Shown piece by piece: positions 47,284-57,448 of a stretch of DNA of 64,000 nt. A program made the translations under genes and the position numbers. This DNA is from an uncultured Verrucomicrobiae bacterium (GTDB lineage: Bacteria > Verrucomicrobiota > Verrucomicrobiia > Chthoniobacterales > JAATET01). Location: contig CAVRCI010000001.1 in the NCBI GenBank assembly GCA_963719495.1, forward strand, positions 354,864-418,863. The letters run 5' to 3'. Under the pieces are notes generated by a model, which made no database searches, was not told the origin of the DNA, and worked only from the letters and a program-made list of their open reading frames with translations. The number at the start of each line of letters is the position of its first letter. Position 1 is the stretch's first letter.

Positions 47284-47714
47284 TTTTTGTCCTGGTTGAG
47301 TGAGTCGATGGTTTGCTGAGGTTTTAGCGATTCCTGCTTGATCGTCTTGAGACCGGATTGGGCCATGACGATTCCGACGATTGCGACGATCAAGCCGACA
47401 ATCAGAGGTCCGAGCCAAAGTGCGACCGCGGGATCCAGTCCGGCGGCGACGAGACCAACGGTCACGAGCGACGATATGGCTTGGAGAACAAAGATGAGCC
47501 CAAGCAACGCGATGAAGCCGCCGACCGCGACGGCTGCCCCGTTTCGCGCAACACGAGCGGCTTTTTCACCCATCTCTGTCTTGAAGAGTGCGACCTCCTG
47601 CTTGACCAGCGACGTGGAATCGTCGCGAAGCTGCTTCAAAAGCGTTGGGATCGAATTCTCGTCCGCCCGAGGGGCCGTCGGCAGGGTCTCTGCCGTGTAA
47701 GGATCTTCAGTCAT
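47259..47714 (-). CDS. Phage-holin-family (YhjD-like) membrane protein
   Basis: LVKQEVALFKTEM, two TM segments, PQQTIDSL..DKKW. Confidence 0.8.
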   Translation of the reverse strand: MTEDPYTAETLPTAPRADENSIPTLLKQLRDDSTSLVKQEVALFKTEMGEKAARVARNGAAVAVGGFIALLGLIFVLQAISSLVTVGLVAAGLDPAVALWLGPLIVGLIVAIVGIVMAQSGLKTIKQESLKPQQTIDSLNQDKKWIQQKAK

Positions 47715-47715
47715 A

Positions 47716-48408
47716 TCAGTAGCCTCCTTTCGAAAGATCAGCGTTCGATACCGGCACGTCGGACGGTGCCACGACAACCTCGGGATCGAGATCGACCGGT
47801 TCTCCGGTGCCGGTCGCGACCGAACCCGACGATGTCACCGGCATCGGTCGCTCTGGTGCCGCGAACGAGGACTCGAACGAGCCCCGCTCGTCGTTCACGC
47901 GGCGATCCGCCGACGATTTGAGGAAACGGGCGGCGGCCAGACCCGCAACGAACATCCCCCCGTAGAAAATTTCCGGGCGGCGGCGAGCGAGCGAGCGGAC
48001 GTCGTCGATCAGTTCGCCGACTCCGCGCTCGTCGATCCGGCGCCCGAAACGATCGAGATAATCCGCGGCGGACGACACGTAGCCCGCGAGGTTGGAATCG
48101 CTGTCATCGGACAACTTATCCGCGGCACGGCGGGCGGCGTCGGCGTAGACCGCGACCTCCCCCGCGACGCGGGTCTTCTGCTCCTCGAGCATACGCTCAC
48201 CCTTGGCCCGGGCGTCCCGAGCGGCATTGGCGGCCTGAGTTTTTACCTGTTCCACGGCTTCGCCAGCCTGCCGCTTGGTTTCGTTCAGTTTTTCCCCGGC
48301 TTTCGCCTGGGCATCTCGGGCGGCGTTCTTTGCGTCGTCTGCGTGCGTTTCCGCCCGCTGACTCGGCGAGTCCGTCGGCCCCGTAGGATTGTCAATTGAT
48401 TCGTTCAT
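47716..48408 (-). CDS. Hypothetical stress-associated helical protein
   Basis: Ala/Lys/Gln-rich helices and ARRRPEIFYGG...AARFLKSS; in an operon with the holin-like and DUF3618-like genes. Confidence 0.7.
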   Translation of the reverse strand: MNESIDNPTGPTDSPSQRAETHADDAKNAARDAQAKAGEKLNETKRQAGEAVEQVKTQAANAARDARAKGERMLEEQKTRVAGEVAVYADAARRAADKLSDDSDSNLAGYVSSAADYLDRFGRRIDERGVGELIDDVRSLARRRPEIFYGGMFVAGLAAARFLKSSADRRVNDERGSFESSFAAPERPMPVTSSGSVATGTGEPVDLDPEVVVAPSDVPVSNADLSKGGY

Positions 48409-48563
48409 CAACGCAAAAACGCGGGACTGGCTCCCGGTGGATGTATTTGGCCACCCTGATCAACGGGTCAGGTGACCTTAAAAAAGATCCGGTCTAGAGC
48501 CCGCCCCAAGTCAGGCGACCAACCAGCTTCCGCCCGCTTCTACGAATTATCAGCGGCTGAAAG

Positions 48564-49568
48564 TCACGTGATCTTAGACGGGCCCTTCAACTCCGAAGCA
48601 GTGCCTCCGTCAGCTTCCGGCAGCGTATCCGCCATTTCGGCCTCCCGCTGGCCGAGCGGCTGCGGCGGTCCCACCGTGGTATCTTTCACGGTCTGGTGCT
48701 CGAGTTCGGAGTTCAGTTCTCCACCGAGCAAAATGATGAACGCGCTGATGTAGAGCCACATGAGCAGGACGACCACGCCGCCGAGCGAGCCGTAGGTCTC
48801 GTTGTATTTGGCGGAGCTCGAAACATACCAGGAGAAGCCAGCGGACGCACCCAACCAGATGATCGTGCAGATAATGGAACCCGGAGATACCCAGGCCCAC
48901 CGCGGCGAACTCCGGCAGGGTGCCACCCTGTAAAGCACCGCCATCGCCACCAACGCCACGCCCGCAAGCAGGGGCCAGCGCACGATTTGCGCCGTCAATT
49001 CGATCCACTTCGGCATCTGCAAACTCACGACCAGCGCCGGAATGCCCGCGACGCAAAACAACGCGACGATGACCGTCGCCACCGCCCCGAGCGTCAGCGC
49101 GAGAGTCAGCGCTTTCAGTTTGAAAAAGCCACGCGTCTCCTCTTCCTCGTAGGCGACGTTCATTGCGACGATCGCCGAGGTCGTCCCTTTGGAAGCACTC
49201 CAGAGAGCAAAACCGATGCTGAAAATAACCGTCCACCCGAGCGCCTCGTCCGAGTTCGCGGCGATCGCGGTCAGCTGATCGACCAGAATCTCCTGCACCT
49301 GCCCGGGCAGCACCCCGGCCAACTGTCCGATCTGCGCCTGAATCCCAGCCGGATCGGAAACCAAACCCCAAAGCGCCACCGTGGCCGTCAGAATCGCCGG
49401 AATGCTCAGAAACGCGTAAAACGCGACGCCCGCCGCGATCACGGAAAGGTTGTCGTTTTTGATCTCGTCCTTCACTCGCATCAACACCTGCCACCAACCC
49501 TTGGCGGGGATCTCGGTGGGCTTCGCCGCTTCGCGGCCAATGACGGGAGTGGTCTCTGGTGTGCTCAT
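48564..49568 (-). CDS. YihY/virulence factor BrkB family membrane protein
   Basis: IAAGVAFYAFLS, MNVAYEEEETR, YNETYGSLGGVVVLLMWLY, GGELN. Confidence 0.92.
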   Translation of the reverse strand: MSTPETTPVIGREAAKPTEIPAKGWWQVLMRVKDEIKNDNLSVIAAGVAFYAFLSIPAILTATVALWGLVSDPAGIQAQIGQLAGVLPGQVQEILVDQLTAIAANSDEALGWTVIFSIGFALWSASKGTTSAIVAMNVAYEEEETRGFFKLKALTLALTLGAVATVIVALFCVAGIPALVVSLQMPKWIELTAQIVRWPLLAGVALVAMAVLYRVAPCRSSPRWAWVSPGSIICTIIWLGASAGFSWYVSSSAKYNETYGSLGGVVVLLMWLYISAFIILLGGELNSELEHQTVKDTTVGPPQPLGQREAEMADTLPEADGGTASELKGPSKIT

Positions 49569-49737
49569 AATTCGACGTCTGTTCGCGACTCCTACCCCGG
49601 GCGGCTGCTTCGAGTCGAGTCTGGCGACTCTCAGGCTTTCCCCTGATTCGCGCATCAGGTCGAGCGGATCCCGGCAACCTATCGGGATTCTGCCCGCGTA
49701 ATCTGCCGATGACGCAGCTTCCGAGCGCCCGACCCGA

Positions 49738-50814
49738 ATGAAGATCGCCCTGATTTGCCACGCCCAATACCCGATCGTTCCGCCCTTCGCTGGCGGATTG
49801 GAAAGCATCACCCACGCAATCACCCACCACCTTGCCCGGGCGGGCCATCAGGTTCATCTGTTCGCCCACTCCGAATCCGACACTTCGTTTTGCCGAACGC
49901 CCGTCGACGTCGCTTCCCTTCCTCGTTCGCAACGGAAGCCAGCCGCCGAGATCGCGCTCGAGACTTCGCGAACGGAGTTCGAGATCCACGAAAACCTTCG
50001 CTACGCCCAAGCGCTTCTCCAACTGCGGGACGACGGATTCGACTTCATCCAAAATCATTCCCTGCACCCGATTCCCGTGCTCATGGGCGCGGCGTCGGGG
50101 CTCCCCATGATGACGACGCTCCACACGCCACCAATCCCGTATCTCAAGATGAGCGCGCTCGCCGCCCGGGACGCGCGCACCCACCGCTTCGTGGCCGTGA
50201 GCGAAAACCTCGCGCGCCAATGGGCCGATTACACGGGGGAGATTGCCGTCATCCGCAACGGCATCGACGTCGACCAATGGCGGTGGTCCGCGGAAAAACC
50301 GGCGGCCTCGGCTTTGTGGTCGGGCCGAATCTGCGCCGAGAAGGCTCCTCATCTCGCCATCGAAGCCGCCCGGCTCGGCGGCTTTCCACTTCGAATCGCG
50401 GGGCCGATTTACAACGAAGACTACTTCCGGGCCGAAGTCGACCCACGCCTGGGCGACGGCGTCGAATACCTGGGTCACCTCACCCAGCCCGATTTGAACG
50501 ATCAGCTCCTTTCGGCCTCGGCGCTGCTCTTCACCAGCGTCTGGGAGGAACCCTACGGACTCACCATCGCGGAGGCACTCGCCAGCGGCACCCCCGTGGC
50601 GGCATTCGAAGTCGGTGCCGCTCCGGAGCTGATCGATGCCACTTCCGGCATCCTCGTCCCCCGCGAGGACGTCCGCGCGCTCGCCGCCGGATTCGCCGCG
50701 GCGGGCACGCTCGATCGAGCGGATTGCCGCCGTCGGGCCGAAACCTTCTGCGGGATCGAGCCCATGATCACCGGATACCTGGATCTCTACGCGCGCATGA
50801 CCGCCGCCGCCTGA
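49738..50814 (+). CDS. Glycosyltransferase family 4
   Basis: PFAGGLE, TLHTPP, GRICAEK, WEEPYGLTIAEALASGTPV. Confidence 0.93.
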   Translation: MKIALICHAQYPIVPPFAGGLESITHAITHHLARAGHQVHLFAHSESDTSFCRTPVDVASLPRSQRKPAAEIALETSRTEFEIHENLRYAQALLQLRDDGFDFIQNHSLHPIPVLMGAASGLPMMTTLHTPPIPYLKMSALAARDARTHRFVAVSENLARQWADYTGEIAVIRNGIDVDQWRWSAEKPAASALWSGRICAEKAPHLAIEAARLGGFPLRIAGPIYNEDYFRAEVDPRLGDGVEYLGHLTQPDLNDQLLSASALLFTSVWEEPYGLTIAEALASGTPVAAFEVGAAPELIDATSGILVPREDVRALAAGFAAAGTLDRADCRRRAETFCGIEPMITGYLDLYARMTAAA

Positions 50815-50815
50815 C

Positions 50816-51856
50816 GTGCTTGGTTACTACGCGCACAACCACGGCTCCGGCCATTCGAGATACGCCCGGCTCCTCGCGCGCTCCCTCGACCTCGCGATCC
50901 TCACCTCCGCCACCGGACTCCCCGCTGATCTGCGAATCGTGAATCTACCGGACGACCTGCCTGACGCGACGATGTGGGATCGCGAAAAATTCCCGCCCCC
51001 GCGCTCGCTGCACTACGCCCCTCTGGGCATGCGGAAAAGCGCCGACCGCTATCGGCGCATCCTCGACGCGGTCGACCGCCACGCCATCAATTTTCTCATC
51101 GTCGATGTGAGTGTCGAGATCGCCACTTTCGCCCGTCTTTGCGGCATTCCGACGGCCTACGTCCGCCTCATGGGTGACCGCTCCGATCCCCCGCACCTGG
51201 CCGCTTTCGAGTCCGCCGTTTTTCTGCTCGCATACTTCCCGGAAGCGTTGGAGTCGGTCGACACTCCGGCCTGGATTCGCGAGAAAACGCTGCACCTCGG
51301 CTTCTTTTCCCGCTTCCCGGACGCCGCCCTCGCCCCGCCGCCCTCCTCTGCGACGCTCGTCGTCATCCGCGGTCGCGGCAGCGGCGACCACCCGGCACCT
51401 GTCGATTTCGCCAACTTGCGGCGCTGCTTTCCCGCGCACACGATCCTCGTGCTTGGCCAGGTCGCGCCACCGCCCGGCATCGTCGACTGCCACCACCTCG
51501 GCCACCTCAGCGATCCACGCGCGATCCTCCAATCCGCCGACCTCGTCGTCGGCGCGTGCGGGCTCGGCACGACCGCCGAACTCGCGACGCTTGGCAAAAA
51601 ATTTGTCGCCGTCCCCGACCCGCGCCCCTTCGACGAGCAGGAACACCTCGCCGCCACCCTCGCCGCCCACGGCCTCTGCGTCCGAGCCACCACGTCCGAG
51701 CCCGACCTCGCGGATCGCGTCGCCGCCCTGCAACCCAATTGGATCCCGCACGTCCGGCCCGACGCCCCCGCTGCCTTCGCGCGATGGTTCAGCTCGCACG
51801 ACGGCGACGTCGCGTCGATGGTCGCCGACGTCCGCTCCCGCCGCCCGCTGCCATGA
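50816..51856 (+). CDS. GT-B fold glycosyltransferase (GT28 C-terminal-like)
   Basis: GYYAHNHGSGH, VDVSVE, RPFDEQ. Confidence 0.8.
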   Translation: MLGYYAHNHGSGHSRYARLLARSLDLAILTSATGLPADLRIVNLPDDLPDATMWDREKFPPPRSLHYAPLGMRKSADRYRRILDAVDRHAINFLIVDVSVEIATFARLCGIPTAYVRLMGDRSDPPHLAAFESAVFLLAYFPEALESVDTPAWIREKTLHLGFFSRFPDAALAPPPSSATLVVIRGRGSGDHPAPVDFANLRRCFPAHTILVLGQVAPPPGIVDCHHLGHLSDPRAILQSADLVVGACGLGTTAELATLGKKFVAVPDPRPFDEQEHLAATLAAHGLCVRATTSEPDLADRVAALQPNWIPHVRPDAPAAFARWFSSHDGDVASMVADVRSRRPLP

Positions 51857-52708
51857 GCGCTCCCGCCCCCTTCAGCCTGGTCGTGATCGCCGCCGGTCGG
51901 CCCCGGCACCTGACCCACCTCCTGCGCGGTTGCGAATCCAGCGTGCACCGCCCCGCCGAAGTGATCGTCGTGCGGATGGATGACGCGCCGCTGCCGGCCA
52001 CCACCCTGCCGCTCCGCCCGGTCGATCACGCCAGCCGGAGCCGCCTCCCCCTCGCCGCCGCCCGCAACGCCGGTGCCCGCGCGGCGCGGCACTCACAACT
52101 CGCCTTCCTCGACGTCGATTGCATCCCGGGTCCGGACTACTTCGAATCGCATCACCCGCCAGCTTGCCGAAGTCCGCGGCCTCGTCATGGGCACTCCCCG
52201 CTACCTGGAGGGCCCCGCCGGAGACGACCTGACCGCAACCACGCTCGACGCCCGCAGCCGTCCGCACCCCGACCGACCCCCGCTCGCGACCACCCTCGAA
52301 ATGACCCCGCACTACCACCTCTTCTGGAGTCTCTGCTTCGCGATCCATCGCGCCGATTTCGAAATCATCGGTGGCTTCGACGAATCGTTCGTTGGTTACG
52401 GCGGCGAGGACACCGACTTCGCCTTCACCGCCCGCGAGCGGGGCGTCCCCTTCCACCTCTCGGGCGCCGCTGTCTACCACCAACCGCACGAGGTGACCGA
52501 CCCACCCGTCGGCCATCTCGCCGACATCGTCGCCAACGCCAACGCGTTCCACGCGAAATGGCACACCTGGCCCATGAAATCCTGGCTCACCGCTTTCCGC
52601 GACCTCGGACTCGTCCAATGGGATGCCGACTCGAGCGATCCCGCCCGCGTCCTTCGTCCGCCCACCGCCGAACTTTCCGCCCGCCTCACCAGACAGACTC
52701 CATTCTAA
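51853..52708 (+). pseudogene. Glycosyltransferase family 2 with an apparent frameshift at about 52146
   Basis: LAAARNAG and FLDVDCIP in one frame; FWSLCFAI and GGFDESFVGYGGEDTDF in the next. Confidence 0.8.
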
Positions 52709-52977
52709 AAAATTCTCGATCCGATCAGCCTCCCCGCCGCGCTGGCTGCCGTGCCTGTCCCAGCCTCGAGGGACCACCCGCGTCATCAGACCCTGCGCCG
52801 AGGCTCGACGAGCTCGCGGTGAGTCACTGCGAGCTGTTCCGTCGCCCCCCGAAACTCAGTAACCCGATCTTTACCCAGACTCTGAGCGCCCCCCGCAGCG
52901 TCGGATGCGGAGGGAACGTCTCCCTTCGGGCCGAGGGCGGATCCTCGGCCAGTCCCGGTCGCTGGCGAGTCCATTGT

Positions 52978-53025
52978 CGTCGTCTTCCCCGCCCCGAGGA
53001 ATCCCGGCAGCAGCGTAACCTTCAT
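52978..53025 (-). pseudogene. N-terminal remnant of a COG0523 GTPase gene
   Basis: GGAGG RBS then [16 protein letters not shown], after which similarity is lost. Confidence 0.6.
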
Positions 53026-53035
53026 CGAACCTCCC

Positions 53036-54703
53036 TCACCGCAGGAACAGGCTGAAAATCCACGCCGACCCCAGCGACGTCCCCGCTTGGCGGCCCGCCA
53101 CCGCCAGCGCGGACCGCCACCCCAGCTCGCGCCGGATCGTCCACAGCGTCACCAGACAGGCGGTGAGCGTGGACGCCAGATAGACGAGCAGAAAGACCGA
53201 CCCGGCCCCCATCCCCCGCAGCAACGCCCCGTCGCCCTCGTTCAGGATCAGCAGCCCGTCCTTGCGCAGGATCGAGAAGAGCACGCCCGGCGCGACCTCA
53301 CCCGGCAGGTTGAAAATTCCCATCACCGGCGCCGCCACCCCGGCCAGCCAATCCAGCACCCCGACGAATTGCAGCAACGCCGCAGCCAGGCAGATCAGCA
53401 GAAAAATCGGCATCGCCTGAAAGAGAAATTGCTTGATCGTCCCCGCCACCCGCCACGCGACCGCCCGCGCGCCGGGCCATTGCAAAAACGCCCGCTCGCC
53501 CACCGGCAGCGCCGTTGATCGGTTCAACCCGCCGTGCCAAACCCGCGTGTGAATCGCTCCCACCACGAACAACGCCCCCAGATACAGCAGGAACAACCCC
53601 GGATGCCCGGCCGATCCGAAGATCGAAAGCGAGGCCCCGATCTGGTAGCTGCACGCCGATCCAAACGCGATCATCGAGACGCACGCCCCCCGCGTGCACC
53701 GACTGCACCCCCGCGACTGCATCACCGCCACGACGTTGCAGCCGAATCCCGCCATCACCGGGATCAAATCACGCCCCGTCAACCCCACGCACCGCAGCAG
53801 CGGATCCAGCGCCGCCGTCACGCGATCCTTCACTCCGGTCTCTTCCGCCAGCGCCACGCTGACTCCCAGCAAAACCACCACCGGCAGCGCCCACAGGAAC
53901 GAATACCATCCCAGCGTCAGCACGCCGTATCCCCCGGCCAGCAATTCAAACACCAGCGGCGGCGCCTGCCCGAGCGCCTCCTTCAAAGGCGTGATCACGG
54001 CATCGTCCACCGGCCCCTGCGCCCACGACGCCAACCGATAAGCCGCGTAGACCGGCACCGCAAACAGCCCAACCAACGCCACCAACGCCGCAACCGGCCC
54101 CACCACCGCCCGCTCGAAAATGGTCAGCCGCGGATTGCGGACGGCCCCTCCCGGCAGCTCACCCGCCCGTCCGGTGGCCGCCAACTCCCGCGCCGCCGCG
54201 ATGGCCTCGACCACCTCCCCCCGGGCATCCACCCGCAGCCTCCGGGCGTCCACCACCGCCACCGGGATGCCGAGCCGCTCGCGGTAGCTGCCGGCCAGTG
54301 CCTCCAGCTCCGGTGCCGCCTTGTCCTTGAAAGTGATCACCAGCGCGCTCTTCTTCCCCCGCAGATCGAGCTCACGTAGCAGCACCGCGACCTCCTCACG
54401 CAGGTGCGTCCCACGCGCCACCAGCACCACCGTGTCCGCCGTGCGCAGCGCACCCAGCGCCAGCCGGCTCGTCGCCGAATCGTCGCGCGCCCGGATCCCC
54501 GGCGCATCGATCACGTCGCACTCGCACACCCGCGACCGACACCGTCGACACACGACCGTGGACCCGCGGAAGTTGATTTCGTCGCCGATCCGCGATTCCG
54601 TCAGCCCACGGAACAACGCCGATTTCCCCGAAGACTCCAGCCCGAGCAGCAGGACACCCGGGCGGGCTTCCGTCGCTTTTTCTTTTGCTTTTTCTTTTAA
54701 CAT
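53036..54703 (-). CDS. FeoB-like protein (G domain plus gate/nucleoside-recognition membrane domains)
   Basis: GLESSGKS, NFRGST, DAPG, TFKD, GFGCNV, ACSYQIGA, FSILRKDG. Confidence 0.85.
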   Translation of the reverse strand: MLKEKAKEKATEARPGVLLLGLESSGKSALFRGLTESRIGDEINFRGSTVVCRRCRSRVCECDVIDAPGIRARDDSATSRLALGALRTADTVVLVARGTHLREEVAVLLRELDLRGKKSALVITFKDKAAPELEALAGSYRERLGIPVAVVDARRLRVDARGEVVEAIAAARELAATGRAGELPGGAVRNPRLTIFERAVVGPVAALVALVGLFAVPVYAAYRLASWAQGPVDDAVITPLKEALGQAPPLVFELLAGGYGVLTLGWYSFLWALPVVVLLGVSVALAEETGVKDRVTAALDPLLRCVGLTGRDLIPVMAGFGCNVVAVMQSRGCSRCTRGACVSMIAFGSACSYQIGASLSIFGSAGHPGLFLLYLGALFVVGAIHTRVWHGGLNRSTALPVGERAFLQWPGARAVAWRVAGTIKQFLFQAMPIFLLICLAAALLQFVGVLDWLAGVAAPVMGIFNLPGEVAPGVLFSILRKDGLLILNEGDGALLRGMGAGSVFLLVYLASTLTACLVTLWTIRRELGWRSALAVAGRQAGTSLGSAWIFSLFLR

Positions 54704-55824
54704 ACGCACTCCGCTCCGCAGCACGACAGGTCCACCAGTCGCATTTGATTTCGTTCGTAAAGTTCACGCACCCCGTCCGCCACGGGGACCTCGGTTCGCC
54801 CGGCGATCGTCTCGGCGATCACCGAGAACCGCTGCCGATACTTGTAGATGTAACAAAAAATGTGGTGCTCGTGCCGCACCAGCGGCCCCGCGAGGAACAG
54901 CCCCGGCGCCACCGTCGATTCGTCTTCATCGGTCAACTGCACGTGCCCGTCGTCGCGCCGCTCGAAGAGATGCGCCACCGGCCCCAGACCCCCGAGAAAA
55001 CCCGTCGCCAGAATGGGCGGATGCTCCGTCTCGAAGACCTCCCCGCCCGCCGTCCGAACCTCGTATCTGCCCCGGACCGCGCTCACGCCGATCACCCCCG
55101 CATCGTTGAACAGCCGGATGCGCCCCGTCTCGCGACGCACGCGCTCGAGCCGCGTGCGGGTGAAGGGCGACAGCGACCGGCTCGGATCTTCCTCGCTCGT
55201 CGCCAGCGTGAGGCCGGAATTCAGCAACGTCACCGTCCCCCCCGCCTCCGCCAGATGCACCGCCGCATCGACCCCGCTCTCGAACGCGCCGATCACCACC
55301 CGGTCTTTCCCCTCCAGCTCCGCGTAGCTCCCGATCTCCGCTCCCGGCACGCACAAGTCCGCCCCGGGAAACCCATCCCGGCGGGGAAATTGAAACTCCC
55401 CCGCCGCCCAGACCACGTGCGGCGTGTAGAGCGCCCCGCGCGACGTTCGCAACTCGAACTCGCCGCTCTCCAGCCGCCTCACCGCCTCCACCTCGAGATC
55501 CGTCTGCACCGGCAGCTCGCACGCCTTCGCCAGCGCCCGCAGATACCCCGCGTATTGGCGACCCGTCGGGTGCTCGGCCCCCGTGAAGGCGGCGACCGAC
55601 GTCTGGAGCGCCACGGCGTTGAGGTCCAGAATCCCGAAGGGCGTGCTGTTGAACGACGGCGTGATCAGCCGCATCTCGCTCGGCCATTGATCAAACGACG
55701 CCCCGATCCCGTGCCGGTCCGCGATCAGAAACGTCTTCATCCCGTAATCCCGCAGCGCCACGCCCATCCCGATCCCCGCCGGGCCGGCTCCCACGATCAC
55801 AATCGGCACTTCGTAATTGCTCAT
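54697..55824 (-). CDS. NAD(P)/FAD-dependent oxidoreductase (CzcO-like) with a Cys-rich tail
   Basis: IVGAGPAG, WAAGEFQ, ILATGF, FCYIYKYRQRF, C-terminal SCCGAECVC. Confidence 0.85.
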   Translation of the reverse strand: MSNYEVPIVIVGAGPAGIGMGVALRDYGMKTFLIADRHGIGASFDQWPSEMRLITPSFNSTPFGILDLNAVALQTSVAAFTGAEHPTGRQYAGYLRALAKACELPVQTDLEVEAVRRLESGEFELRTSRGALYTPHVVWAAGEFQFPRRDGFPGADLCVPGAEIGSYAELEGKDRVVIGAFESGVDAAVHLAEAGGTVTLLNSGLTLATSEEDPSRSLSPFTRTRLERVRRETGRIRLFNDAGVIGVSAVRGRYEVRTAGGEVFETEHPPILATGFLGGLGPVAHLFERRDDGHVQLTDEDESTVAPGLFLAGPLVRHEHHIFCYIYKYRQRFSVIAETIAGRTEVPVADGVRELYERNQMRLVDLSCCGAECVC

Positions 55825-56849
55825 CACGCCACGGCCAGTTCGGGCTCACCCAGCGCAGCGACCGCTTCCGCCTGCAGGGCGGCGGCGTCCAGGCGCACCC
55901 CGATCAACACCGCGCACGGCGGCACCGTCGGCTCGGCCAGCAGCGGAAACATCGTCGGCTGCGGCGGCGTGTCGTCCGTGCGTTGGAAAACGAAATGCAG
56001 GTCCGGCAACTCCAGCAACTGACACACCCCCTTGACGCGCAGGACCGCCGCGGGCAATCGCCGCAGCCACCCGGTGAGCGCCGACCCCGCGACCATCGCC
56101 GGCAGGTCGACCTGCACCGCGACGAAACCGTGCGCAAGGTGGTGGTGGTGCTCGGGTTCGTGATCCTGATCGTGATCGTGATCGTGATCGTGATCGTGAT
56201 CGTGATCGTGCTCGTGCTCGTGACCTTCGCCGTCACTTCGCGGCTTGGAGGCGGTCGCATTCAAGACGAGATCCCTCAGCTCGTCCGCCAGCTTCTCAGC
56301 CGAGGTCTCGACCGCGCGCGGGTTGAGCCATTCCAGATCACTGCGCACCCGCGCGATCCGCTCGGCACTCTCGGATCCCGCCCGCGTGAAGACGAGGTGA
56401 CTCGCACTGCGCGCCTGCAATTGCTCGAGGTCATCGTGCCAGGCGCGCTTCTGCCAGCGTTTGAAATCGACCACTCCCAGCTGAAGGATCGGCCCGAACC
56501 GATCCCGCAGCGCGAGGTGCGCGGTCAGGTGCTCGATCAACGAAAACGGATCGGTCGTCCCGTTGGCCTCGATCAACACGACGCGGTTGGGCGTTTCCGG
56601 GATGGCGAGCAGGTCGTTGATCAGCTCGTGGATCGAGTCGCAGCACACGCAGTTGCCATTGATGGCGCGCACCTCGTCCGTGAGGTGTCGCAGCGACGAG
56701 GCATCGACGCGGGCGTTCTGGTAGTCGTTGATGAGGACATACGGGACGAGTCCGCGCGCCTCGAGGTGCGGCAGGATCTCACGCAGAAACGTCGTCTTCC
56801 CCGCCCCGAGGAAACCAACGAGCAGGACGGTGGGAACGGGCGTTTTCAT
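55824..56849 (-). CDS. COG0523/CobW-family GTPase with a His-Asp tract
   Basis: [19 protein letters not shown], (HD)n tract, LRVKG. Confidence 0.92.
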   Translation of the reverse strand: MKTPVPTVLLVGFLGAGKTTFLREILPHLEARGLVPYVLINDYQNARVDASSLRHLTDEVRAINGNCVCCDSIHELINDLLAIPETPNRVVLIEANGTTDPFSLIEHLTAHLALRDRFGPILQLGVVDFKRWQKRAWHDDLEQLQARSASHLVFTRAGSESAERIARVRSDLEWLNPRAVETSAEKLADELRDLVLNATASKPRSDGEGHEHEHDHDHDHDHDHDHDQDHEPEHHHHLAHGFVAVQVDLPAMVAGSALTGWLRRLPAAVLRVKGVCQLLELPDLHFVFQRTDDTPPQPTMFPLLAEPTVPPCAVLIGVRLDAAALQAEAVAALGEPELAVA

Positions 56850-57313
56850 AGGCGGGTCGGGTTCGGCGCATCACCGTAGACGGCGACGGGGTCGAAGAGT
56901 TTAGCGGATTCGGTAAAAACGAGCGGCCCGCCGGTGCCGAGTGGCACCGAGCGGTAGAAACAACTCCGGTAGCCGACGTGGCAGCTCGCACCGGAGTCCG
57001 CGACCTCGACCCGCAGCCAGACGCAATCCTGATCGTCGTCGATCCGCATCTCGCGCACCCGCTGCACCAGTCCGCTCGTCGCCCCCTTGTGCCAGAGCAC
57101 CCCCCGGCTGCGACTCCAATAGTGCACCTCACCCGTCGCGATCGTCCGGCGCAAGGCCTCGTCGTTCATGGTGGCGTGCATCAGTAATTCCCCCGACGCG
57201 AAGTCGGTGGTGACAACGGGGATGTGGCCGGCCGCGTCGAACTTCGGCGCCAGCTCGGTGCCTTCTTCGACTTGCTCGACGGACGTGCGGGGATGGAAAA
57301 TGTCGGTTGTCAT
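56846..57313 (-). CDS. hisI: Phosphoribosyl-AMP cyclohydrolase (variant)
   Basis: [33 protein letters not shown]. Confidence 0.92.
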   Translation of the reverse strand: MTTDIFHPRTSVEQVEEGTELAPKFDAAGHIPVVTTDFASGELLMHATMNDEALRRTIATGEVHYWSRSRGVLWHKGATSGLVQRVREMRIDDDQDCVWLRVEVADSGASCHVGYRSCFYRSVPLGTGGPLVFTESAKLFDPVAVYGDAPNPTRL

Positions 57314-57337
57314 GGTGGGTGGATGGGATGCGAAGTG

Positions 57338-57434
57338 GGCTGGCGCGGCGCGACCAGCCCTACCAACTGGTAGGGACCGTCGCGCCGCGCGGTCCGTGTT
57401 CGATCCGCGTAAGGACCGTCGCGCCGCGCGTTCC
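57338..57434. repeat. GTAG-type REP cluster (inverted pair plus an extra unit)
   Basis: GGCTGGCGCGGCGCGACCAGCCCTACC...GGTAGGGACCGTCGCGCCGCGCGGTCC. Confidence 0.9.
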
Positions 57435-57448
57435 GATTCCAAAACTCA

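Noticed and set aside
47259..47714. Prophage, suggested by the holin-family gene
   Set aside because: No phage genes are nearby, and this family occurs in stress operons with DUF3618-like genes.
56161..56222. (GATCAC)n microsatellite as a separate element
   Set aside because: It encodes the His-Asp tract typical of COG0523 proteins.
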